64,000 bases of DNA. It comes from a virus. Taxonomy: Duplodnaviria; Caudoviricetes. The stretch is from the IMG/VR virus record IMGVR_UViG_3300012664_000155, positions 925 to 64,924 of that record; one strand, written 5' to 3'. The notes below the pieces were generated by a model. That model did no database searches, was not told where the DNA came from, and saw nothing but the letters and a program-made list of their open reading frames with translations. Positions 20,723 through 27,860 of the stretch are shown here, piece after piece. Numbering within the stretch: the stretch's first letter is position 1; each line of letters begins with the position of its first letter. The position numbers and the translations under genes are program-made.

Positions 20723-21082
20723 TTAATCTATACAAAATAATCTTTGTCTACTGTAGCTATAAATATTAAATTCATTCACAGTGTCTATCCAATATCCCAA
20801 TGGGAAAGTGTCCTTGCAGTAGAATGGATAGTCTGACGTGTTATTATAGATAGGACTTGATACCGTGTCCCAATGATATGTATAAACATACTTAGGTCTA
20901 GTGTTGTCATACCCATCACTATTCCACGTACCTGGATCGCTTTGAACATCAATAGAGTCCTTGTATCTTCTCTCCCAAAGAAACATTGCTTTACATGTAC
21001 ATGGTTCTGCATTAGGACCATACTCATCCTTCTTACATCCAGTTAAGAAAATTGTTAATGCTAATAATAATACTTTTTTCAT
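20723..21082 (-). CDS. lipoprotein
   Basis: MKKVLLLALTIFLTGC lipobox. Confidence 0.75.
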   Translation of the reverse strand: MKKVLLLALTIFLTGCKKDEYGPNAEPCTCKAMFLWERRYKDSIDVQSDPGTWNSDGYDNTRPKYVYTYHWDTVSSPIYNNTSDYPFYCKDTFPLGYWIDTVNEFNIYSYSRQRLFCID

Positions 21083-21095
21083 AATATTTATACCT

Positions 21096-21194
21096 TTAAA
21101 GGTAACTACTTTTTAAAAACACTACATAATAGAGAATCAATATCCCCAATATGGTATAAAAACAGAGTCTCCCACCTGACTTACTCTCTGTCAT
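21096..21194 (-). CDS. small membrane peptide (32 aa)
   Basis: MTESKSGGRLCFYTILGILILYYVVFLKSSYL; ATGA-coupled to upstream mini-ORF 21191..21286. Confidence 0.45.
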   Translation of the reverse strand: MTESKSGGRLCFYTILGILILYYVVFLKSSYL

Positions 21195-21287
21195 GAACTT
21201 ATCTCTCCAGTAGTTCTCCCGATGCCACGATGCTCAACCATCCGCATTCCCTCCGACAATGTTAAGTTGTCTTGTGAGCCAGTCATA

Positions 21288-21602
21288 TTAAAACAATTGA
21301 TACTGTATCGATCTACTTACAACACCATTTGAGCCTGACACTTCTACAATTATAGAGTTTGGAACTGTAGTAAGTGCCTCCGCAATGGAATAACTACCAT
21401 CTGGGTTGCGTTGCTGTGTAGTAACCTGAACAACTACATTTCTTCCTGCCTGCATCGCCTTAGTTGACTTCATCCATCCCTCTGCTTCAGATGAAGCCTT
21501 AGAGATTAACTTGAATGTGTCTCCATCTCCCCAGAACTGAATGTCCTTTACATTTTTTCTAGCACCGTTGGCTGTAGTGTTGTGTAATGATTTTTCTTCC
21601 AT
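21288..21602 (-). CDS. conserved phage hypothetical protein
   Basis: 104 aa, SKASSEAEGWMKSTKAM...VVVQVTTQQ. Confidence 0.75.
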   Translation of the reverse strand: MEEKSLHNTTANGARKNVKDIQFWGDGDTFKLISKASSEAEGWMKSTKAMQAGRNVVVQVTTQQRNPDGSYSIAEALTTVPNSIIVEVSGSNGVVSRSIQYQLF

Positions 21603-21623
21603 TATTATTTATTTAAAATTAAT

Positions 21624-21686
21624 GCCGTCTTTCCGTGCTGTCATCATGGCACTTCCACGATAGATGCATTCTTTTCATGCACAGGC
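21624..21686 (-). ncRNA. multi-stem structured RNA, Flavo-1-motif-like (tentative)
   Basis: GCC-UGUGCAUGAAAAGAAUGCA-UCU-AUCGUGG-AAGUG-CCAUGAU-GACAGCACGGAAAGACGGC; helices UGCAU/AUGCA, AUCGUGG/CCAUGAU, CUGU/ACAG; family name from recall only. Confidence 0.5.
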
Positions 21687-21700
21687 TTTCTTAAGTTTTG

Positions 21701-21826
21701 TAGTCGAGGACAGGATTTGAACCTGTACGATAACTTATGAGCGATCTTAACGGGTCTTTCGAGGTTACTCACGTTATCCTTACTATTAACCTTTATTCAT
21801 GCGTCTACCAATTCCGCCACCTGACT
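21701..21826 (-). ncRNA. tRNA-Leu-like RNA (126 nt) lacking a canonical anticodon arm
   Basis: Leu-type 5' end AGTCAGGTGGCGGAATTGGTAGACGC, T-arm ACAGG-TTCAAAT-CCTGT, acceptor CCTCGACT plus A73; middle replaced by ATGAATAAAGGTTAATAGTAA and a 50-nt hairpin. Confidence 0.8.
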
Positions 21827-21932
21827 ATTTGCCCATCCATTAGATGAGCTGCTCAACTTAAGGTATTGAGATTGCAAGAACAAGTCTCTGACCACGTCAT
21901 CTACAATTTTTGCAGCAACAGTAGTTATACCA

Positions 21933-21965
21933 CAAATATATATATTATATTATACATAACACAAA
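21933..21965 (-). promoter_or_regulatory. promoter for RNA island (-33 TTTG 21962-21965, -7 TATATTTG 21933-21940)
   Basis: Consensus boxes with 21-nt spacer. Confidence 0.7.
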
Positions 21966-21989
21966 ATACTTTTTACAAAAACTGCTTTG

Positions 21990-22063
21990 TGAACACTCGT
22001 GGAATCGAACCACGGACCCATGTCTTAAGCGGACATTGCTCTAACCAACTGAGCTAAGTGTTC
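21990..22063 (-). tRNA. tRNA-Lys(CUU) with non-canonical G33
   Basis: GAACACTTAGCTCAGTTGGTTAGAGCAATGTCCGCTTAAGACATGGGTCCGTGGTTCGATTCCACGAGTGTTCA; full cloverleaf, loop CGCUUAA, no encoded CCA. Confidence 0.8.
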
Positions 22064-22290
22064 TTCCTACATTCCTTACATCTCGGGTACACACCATGTC
22101 TGCCCAACGAGTACACATGATACTCAGTGAGCTTCTTAACGACCTTGCACTTGCTGCACTCCTTCACCTTTACCTTCACCTCTGGCAAGCGACACATCTT
22201 ACAGATCGTGTGCAACCCATCCCTAGACCTCGAGTTCTTGTGGAAGCAATCAGCCTTCTTGCCCTTATTACATTTAGTGCATACCTTCAT
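22054..22290 (-). CDS. double Cys4 zinc-binding protein (HNH/EndoVII-associated module, no nuclease domain)
   Basis: CTKC...CKMC and CSKC...CKEC; stop lies in the tRNA-Lys 5' strand. Confidence 0.6.
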   Translation of the reverse strand: MKVCTKCNKGKKADCFHKNSRSRDGLHTICKMCRLPEVKVKVKECSKCKVVKKLTEYHVYSLGRHGVYPRCKECRKNT

Positions 22291-22343
22291 GTTGACAAAT
22301 ATACGCATTAATTCCAATGAAACAAGGGGTGGAAGAAAAAAAT

Positions 22344-22659
22344 ATTTGACACCATGTCGACTTATGTCGCTCTATGTCGATAGAATGTTGTCAAAAACGG
22401 CGCTGTATCGTAGGCTGGGCTTGAGAAGTTGCTAAAAAAATGTTGACACGCATGGTTCGGAGAAAATTTTTTTTATTTTTTTTTATTTCTTTATATACTC
22501 TCTTATATAGTGTTTTTTTTATTTTTTTCTATAGTAGTAGTGGTGTCAACATTTTAAAGAAAAAAAAGAGTCTAAAAGCCTATAAACAGTGGGATAGCTC
22601 GATTTTTTTTGTCGACATTTTTGCGTCATACGTCGACATAAAAACGTGAATATCGACAT
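22344..22659. repeat. iteron element A: ATGT(C/T)GAC repeats in inverted arrays around an AT-rich core (putative origin)
   Basis: Copies at 22354, 22364, 22374, 22385, 22440; inverted copies at 22545, 22611, 22632, 22652; about 10-bp phasing. Confidence 0.75.
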
Positions 22660-23315
22660 AAAAGGGGGTCTAGCGTCATGGAATTAGAAATATGGAGGTG
22701 TTGGGTAATATACCTATTCAACGTAAAAAATCAAAAAAGAAAACCGACTTTAATTTTGATGGGGGGGTGTTGATTTCGAACTTTTTCCGCTAGATTTTCA
22801 GCTTTTCTGTAGGGGGTACATCCATCCATACAGCCCTATGTTTATTCGTTGCTGTGGTTTCTTCTGTCGTTCGATACGCTACATCGCCCTGCCTGCCTAC
22901 GTTTCAGCCGATATATAGTTCTATTTAACATAATGCTTGTTATAAGACAGCTAAACATAACTCATTGAACTACAGATAGTTAGCTCTGCCATTTCACCTG
23001 GATTTACCTATCTTCGTTCGTTATCAACATTTTAAGCGTCAAAATTGCACCCATTTTCAGCCCTATTTTTTGCCCCCTATACGCGAGCGCGCGTTATTGA
23101 ATCCTGCGCCCATGCGTCGCGTCTTATCGAGTGATTTAGCCGTAAAATGGGCTTGTTGCCCTTATTTCATCGAGGTTTACAGAGCTTTTGAATTATATCT
23201 GTCCAAATATCCCCCCAAACAACAAATTTTAAAATTTTTTTTCGTTCATAACTCCTTTAAAATCAATCGATTACAACACCGAACAAAAAATAATTGAAAA
23301 AAAATGTCAAAAAAG

Positions 23316-23346
23316 TTTGGAGATATAAACATTAGCACTACCTTTG
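23316..23346 (+). promoter_or_regulatory. first early promoter (-33 TTTG 23316-23319, -7 TACCTTTG 23339-23346)
   Basis: Perfect Bacteroidota consensus with 19-nt spacer at the head of the plus-strand block. Confidence 0.8.
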
Positions 23347-23351
23347 CTGAG

Positions 23352-23668
23352 CAGTTCAACGGAATTGTATTCAAGTTTTGACTTATGTGTACAAGGGTAA
23401 TTAAAAGGGCGAGACAAAGCGCACCACCATACAGGACACTCAAAACATTATTAGTTCTTTGATTACGAGATGCATGTGAGGATTCACAACGAAAGGCAGA
23501 ACCGCGGTTTGAGTGTACCGCGACAACAAAACACCCGACATAGGCTAAGTCGGTGAACACAGAGCCAATCCCTCCTAGGGGTATTAATACTAGGACGCAA
23601 TGCTCAGCGGAGGTAACTAAGATGGGTCGAGTAACTGAGGTAGAAAGCAGGTAATCGAAAAAAGCTTA
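23352..23668 (+). ncRNA. putative ~315-nt structured early leader RNA
   Basis: No credible plus-strand ORF; hairpins CGCGGU/ACCGCG, CCGAC/GUCGG, UCCUAG/CUAGGA, CUCAG/CUGAG, GUGA/UCAC, UUGUA/UACAA; ACACUCAAA/UUUGAGUGU long-range pairing. Confidence 0.5.
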
Positions 23669-23712
23669 AGCGGATGAGTGTCCGCTCTGATGATTCCAAA
23701 AGGATGAAAAGC
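23664..23712 (+). ncRNA. type III hammerhead ribozyme
   Basis: GCUU-A / AGCGGA-UGAGUG-UCCGCU / CUGAUGA / UUCC-AAAA-GGAU / GAAA-AGC: core, stems I-III and UUA cleavage triplet all present; U10.1-U11.1 mismatch. Confidence 0.85.
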
Positions 23713-23732
23713 AAACTTTAAAATTTAATAAG

Positions 23733-23900
23733 ATGAAGAATTTAAACAAAGAAAATAGAATGGCGTTGGCTTATTCTTTTACTATTTCAGACGAAGAGAG
23801 AAAAGACAATCTTAATAAGTCTATAAACAGACGTTTATCTAAGCGTTTTAAGAATGTTTCTTCAGTTGACAGATTTTATTTAACAACTTTATTTTTATGA
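23733..23900 (+). CDS. first early protein, hypothetical (55 aa)
   Basis: MKNLNKENRMALAYSFTISDEERKDNLNKSINRRLSKRFKNVSSVDRFYLTTLFL. Confidence 0.6.
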   Translation: MKNLNKENRMALAYSFTISDEERKDNLNKSINRRLSKRFKNVSSVDRFYLTTLFL

Positions 23901-24049
23901 ACTACATTTTTGAGGTAGTCCTATGGGACGAGACAGGCAACGTGTTGCTATTTAAAAAGGACGTTTCAATAAGACGTGCGACACAACGAACGGCAAAGGA
24001 ATATTTACAGAAAAAATACCCTTTTCCATATTTTATAGAACGTAAATAA
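23897..24049 (+). CDS. hypothetical protein (50 aa)
   Basis: ATGA-coupled; MNYIFEVVLWDETGNVLLFKK... Confidence 0.6.
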   Translation: MNYIFEVVLWDETGNVLLFKKDVSIRRATQRTAKEYLQKKYPFPYFIERK

Positions 24050-24056
24050 TAACAAG

Positions 24057-24299
24057 ATGATACAACTAACAGAAACGCGCTTCGAGAATGGCGCAAAGAC
24101 AATCGAGACAAAAGAAATTGACATGCGTCAATACAACGACATCACGAACGACGACACGTTAAAATGGTTTAGACGTTTGGGCGGTAGTGAGACAGCAACG
24201 CGTAGCTACACATCGAGAGGGTACAACGTGACTAAGTTAATAAGCACAAGCCCCGACAAATCAACACGAGTAATAAGAGAATTTAATTTTATAGACTGA
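24057..24299 (+). CDS. hypothetical early protein
   Basis: 80 aa; FRRLGGSETATRSYTSRGY...LISTSPD. Confidence 0.75.
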   Translation: MIQLTETRFENGAKTIETKEIDMRQYNDITNDDTLKWFRRLGGSETATRSYTSRGYNVTKLISTSPDKSTRVIREFNFID

Positions 24300-24532
24300 T
24301 GGACATAGCAAGAAACACAAATATGCGAGCTATTAAGTACTACAACAGACCGCTAAAAGTTAAGCGATGGTTGAATAGAAACGGCATCGCAACATTCGAG
24401 GACATCACGAACGAACAAAGCTATGAGCTTCTGTCGTATATGATGCCGAAATTTAAAAAGAGAAAAAAAGTAGTTAGTACATACGTACCATACACATCAA
24501 ATCAAGAACTATCAATATGGGCAAGAGTTTAA
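24299..24532 (+). CDS. hypothetical early protein
   Basis: 77-aa coupled ORF. Confidence 0.6.
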   Translation: MDIARNTNMRAIKYYNRPLKVKRWLNRNGIATFEDITNEQSYELLSYMMPKFKKRKKVVSTYVPYTSNQELSIWARV

Positions 24533-24615
24533 AAAGAGGCGCGTCTGTAGGCGTATTGTATGCGGTAACGATGGGAATTATCGTATTATTATTAATCATA
24601 TTCGAGGTATCATGA
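24517..24615 (+). CDS. small TM peptide (32 aa)
   Basis: MGKSLKRGASVGVLYAVTMGIIVLLLIIFEVS. Confidence 0.5.
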   Translation: MGKSLKRGASVGVLYAVTMGIIVLLLIIFEVS

Positions 24616-24692
24616 ACGAGAAAATAGAACGAGTGTTAACATACATTCAATTAGTAATGGTAATAGCAATTTTAATTTATTTAACAAGATGA
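24612..24692 (+). CDS. small TM peptide (26 aa)
   Basis: MNEKIERVLTYIQLVMVIAILIYLTR, ATGA-coupled. Confidence 0.5.
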   Translation: MNEKIERVLTYIQLVMVIAILIYLTR

Positions 24693-24853
24693 AAAATTTA
24701 ATTTTAGTGGTTATCACGTTGACCATCGCAAGTAACGTGACTTTAGCGGATCCTGGATTCAACTATAAAAAACATAATCGTAAAGCAAAGATACACCGAT
24801 TTATGAGTAGAGTTTTTAACACAAATGGCTGTAAAGGTTATAAATATAATTGA
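24689..24853 (+). CDS. small signal-peptide-bearing basic protein (54 aa)
   Basis: MKNLILVVITLTIASNVTLADPGFNYKKHNRKAKIHRFMSRVFNTNGCKGYKYN. Confidence 0.55.
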   Translation: MKNLILVVITLTIASNVTLADPGFNYKKHNRKAKIHRFMSRVFNTNGCKGYKYN

Positions 24854-25644
24854 TTATGAGAAAAGTATTTTCAAACAACGAATTGCCTCACATTTGGGCG
24901 CACGGAAAACAAGAACACGGACGAAATCCTCAAAATAGTTTTTTCTTCAATGGTAGAACTATCTACAGCTACGGGGGTCATTTCCCTATAGCTGTTAGGA
25001 TGGACGATGGCTCGTTCATATTGACTACACGCAACTACAGTAACACAACTAGCAAGCACATAAGCAAGGTATGGAATTCAATTCCTACGGGTGCAAAGGT
25101 TGTAAGATGCTACGACCCAAGTAGTGAGTATAACCCTAGCAATATTGACAAGTGGCAAAAAGACATCGACACGCAACTAGACAAGATGTCAAGAGCAAAG
25201 AAGCCTGCGATGTATGCAAACGAGGTGCTTAGGTTGGTTGGACAGGCACAAGATTATTGTGACTATTTCGGCACGGACAATCCATTGGCGCACTATACAA
25301 CAATGGACTTTGGGTTCAAAGCTGAAGAGTTAAAGGCTATCAACAAGGCTAAGGCTGACGCTGACAAGAAAGAGAACGAAGAGCGCTTGAATAAATGGAG
25401 AAACTTTGAGACCAATGACCTATGGTTAAAGGGTGCTACTACAGAAACGTATTTACGTAGCGATGGTGAGAACGTGTACACGTCACGAGGCATCAAGCTA
25501 CCTATAGATGTGTATCGTAGATACAAACTTATGCTACCTAACCTACCTACAGAGGTGTTAGGATACAGAGTTAATTCTGTTACGGACAAGCATGTGACTA
25601 TCGGATGTCACAAGATTAGTATTAAAGAGATAAATAATATTTAA
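24850..25644 (+). CDS. hypothetical early protein
   Basis: 264-aa ORF. Confidence 0.8.
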   Translation: MIMRKVFSNNELPHIWAHGKQEHGRNPQNSFFFNGRTIYSYGGHFPIAVRMDDGSFILTTRNYSNTTSKHISKVWNSIPTGAKVVRCYDPSSEYNPSNIDKWQKDIDTQLDKMSRAKKPAMYANEVLRLVGQAQDYCDYFGTDNPLAHYTTMDFGFKAEELKAINKAKADADKKENEERLNKWRNFETNDLWLKGATTETYLRSDGENVYTSRGIKLPIDVYRRYKLMLPNLPTEVLGYRVNSVTDKHVTIGCHKISIKEINNI

Positions 25645-25649
25645 TAGTT

Positions 25650-26075
25650 ATGGAAGAAAACAAATTAATAGCAGATTTCATGGAATTTCGAAAGGTGTCT
25701 TGCATTAGACATGAAAATGGAAAGTATTTTGATTATTCTCTACCAGATGGATTCGATCTTATATTAGATGAAGAGATTGAAATTGAATCTCAACGAGGAT
25801 GGGGACTTGTAAGCAAGGACACTGTATTTATATCAGACTTAAAGTTTCACTCAGATTGGAGTTGGTTAATTCAAGTAGTTGACAAGATTGAAAGTGTTGA
25901 GGATGGAAAATATGATGTAAACATATTAAAGAATGGTACTCAGATTGTTGACTATTCATCTGGTGGAATAGAAATTTGTAACAACGTAGGAAAGATAGGT
26001 TATAATGAAAAGATAGAACACACCTATCAAGCAGTAATTAAATTCATTAAATGGTATGAGCAGAATAGTAATTGA
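25650..26075 (+). CDS. conserved phage hypothetical protein
   Basis: LKFHSDWSWLIQVVDKIE motif. Confidence 0.75.
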   Translation: MEENKLIADFMEFRKVSCIRHENGKYFDYSLPDGFDLILDEEIEIESQRGWGLVSKDTVFISDLKFHSDWSWLIQVVDKIESVEDGKYDVNILKNGTQIVDYSSGGIEICNNVGKIGYNEKIEHTYQAVIKFIKWYEQNSN

Positions 26076-26274
26076 GTACGACCCAAAGATGTCGTATGTA
26101 GGCAAGCAGTTAGTAATTGACAGCGTTGTTCCATCCATGACGAGTACAGATGGGACGACGAGTCAGTACGAAATAACGCAATGTATTGAGGCATTGCAGG
26201 AGCAAGAAATGTTAGACGATATGCAGGTAGTTATATCGCTAATGAATGATAACGTAAATTTTTTAGAATTATGA
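26056..26274 (+). CDS. hypothetical protein
   Basis: 72-aa ORF. Confidence 0.6.
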   Translation: MSRIVIEYDPKMSYVGKQLVIDSVVPSMTSTDGTTSQYEITQCIEALQEQEMLDDMQVVISLMNDNVNFLEL

Positions 26275-26945
26275 AAGTAGAAGTAGGAATGAAAGCAAAA
26301 GGCTTTAAGTTTGAAGCAAGAGAGTATCTAGGTTACTCTCCAAATATGGACAAATACATCGATAAGATAGGAGTTATAGAAATTATCGATGACAGAATAT
26401 TTTCTATAAGATTTGAAGATGATGAATACTGGAACTATCCAATTTCATTAGCACACAGATCATTACTATCTGTAGGTGACAAGGTTAAAATACCTAAGAC
26501 TAAGAGTGTAGGTGATACAATAGAAGATATTGAATTATACGAAAACAATATGAAAACAATTAAAAAATCAGAATTAAAGAAGATCCATGACGTAGCTTGT
26601 TCTACATGGAAAGGTAAAATAACAGCATTGGCTAACAGAAATCCATGGGTAGATGACATCGAACTATCAGAAGGAGAGGTGGACGAAATGTTTGCATCTG
26701 CTACTTCAGGACAAAAAGTTGTGTTAGAGGAAGTGTTTGGTAAACAGAATAAAGAGATTGATATCAGATCTGAAGATATTTCTTTTAAGGTTGATGGTAT
26801 ACCTTTATTTGGTGGAAGTATTTTAGATAGTACAAAGGCTTTTATTAGCCTACCTATTGCATCAAGAGAGAAAAATATATTCTACTTAAATAAAAATTAC
26901 AATTGGGAATTAGATGGAAATCAATTAAAAGTAACAAGAAAATGA
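26271..26945 (+). CDS. hypothetical protein (possibly two fused modules)
   Basis: 224 aa; internal MKTIKKSELKKIHDVAC looks like a second start. Confidence 0.65.
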   Translation: MKVEVGMKAKGFKFEAREYLGYSPNMDKYIDKIGVIEIIDDRIFSIRFEDDEYWNYPISLAHRSLLSVGDKVKIPKTKSVGDTIEDIELYENNMKTIKKSELKKIHDVACSTWKGKITALANRNPWVDDIELSEGEVDEMFASATSGQKVVLEEVFGKQNKEIDIRSEDISFKVDGIPLFGGSILDSTKAFISLPIASREKNIFYLNKNYNWELDGNQLKVTRK

Positions 26946-27217
26946 AAGTAGTATTAAATTTAGCATTAAGGTCTGTGGAGTTCACCATAGACCTACATGG
27001 CGCTGAGTACAGCGGAGAGGTATTATTCAATGACCTTGACGAGTGGAGGGTATATGAGTTAAGTGGTTCACACTCACTTTTCTTTCACCTTGACTACGTT
27101 CAAAGTAAAAACTTTTCAAGCCAGGACGAGTGGGCATCGAGCATCATCCAGTGCTATTGGACTGACGATGAGAACTTCAACGTACAATTAATTAAGGAAA
27201 TAATTTTAGAGCTATGA
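26942..27217 (+). CDS. hypothetical protein
   Basis: Probable start MKVVLNL. Confidence 0.6.
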   Translation: MKVVLNLALRSVEFTIDLHGAEYSGEVLFNDLDEWRVYELSGSHSLFFHLDYVQSKNFSSQDEWASSIIQCYWTDDENFNVQLIKEIILEL

Positions 27218-27483
27218 GAACAGGAAAAGAGTTATTGCAGTTGATGCTAGAGAATAAAAATAGATTTGAAACTGGTTTATGTTATTGGGTGATTACTTTG
27301 TATTCTCGTGCTATAATTAATAAAAATGAATATGAACTTATAAAGTACTACATAAAAAACAACAGACCGTCAATGTTTTCTTCATTATCAGCATTCAAGA
27401 ATATTCGTAGTAATTACTATTGGGAGAAAGGAGATATTACACCAAGAATTAAATGGATCAATAAACAAATAGAAAAGTTATGA
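27214..27483 (+). CDS. hypothetical protein
   Basis: 89-aa coupled ORF. Confidence 0.65.
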   Translation: MRTGKELLQLMLENKNRFETGLCYWVITLYSRAIINKNEYELIKYYIKNNRPSMFSSLSAFKNIRSNYYWEKGDITPRIKWINKQIEKL

Positions 27484-27860
27484 AAGTAGATTTAAGTAAA
27501 GTAAAAGTAGGCGATAAAATTTGGACTATTCAAGAGGGATGGGTAACTGTTAGGTCAACTTCATATATTATTAAAGAATATCCTATATGTGCAGGTTTAT
27601 CTTCATACACAATTGATGGCAAAATTGATTCAACTAACAAATACCCATCAGCATTTTTAGAATATCCATTCAAAGAACAACCAATTGAAAAAGATACGAT
27701 TGTTTGGTTTAGAGATACTGAAGAATCTTATTGGAAAGTTGGACACTATTCGCATTGTACAAATGGTTACCATTGTGTTTTTGAAGCCTCAAAAAAATCA
27801 ACTGAAACAGATAGTGTTTCTCATTGGAACATAGTAACAACAGAAAATCCTTTTTTATGA
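27480..27860 (+). CDS. hypothetical protein, paralogue of 28164..28535
   Basis: QPIEKDTIVWFRD...YSH...W.IVTTENPF. Confidence 0.75.
   Translation: MKVDLSKVKVGDKIWTIQEGWVTVRSTSYIIKEYPICAGLSSYTIDGKIDSTNKYPSAFLEYPFKEQPIEKDTIVWFRDTEESYWKVGHYSHCTNGYHCVFEASKKSTETDSVSHWNIVTTENPFL

Noticed and set aside
21191-21286. ccgatgccac shared with 20045-20054, as a possible ncRNA repeat
   Set aside because: The 21.2-kb copy lies in a plausible ATGA-coupled mini-ORF, and a single 10-mer match is weak evidence.
21729-21800. Group I intron or ordinary intron in the tRNA-Leu anticodon
   Set aside because: Insert is only ~70 nt with no P/Q/R/S core, and removing it does not regenerate an anticodon stem-loop.
22344-22659. 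Possible CRISPR mini-array
   Set aside because: Repeats are 8-bp octamers with 2-50 bp gaps in inverted arrays, not 25-40-bp direct repeats with unique spacers; no cas genes.
23070-23560. ORFs 23070..23297 (+) and 23246..23560 (-)
   Set aside because: Non-protein-like composition; they overlap the early promoter and the structured leader.
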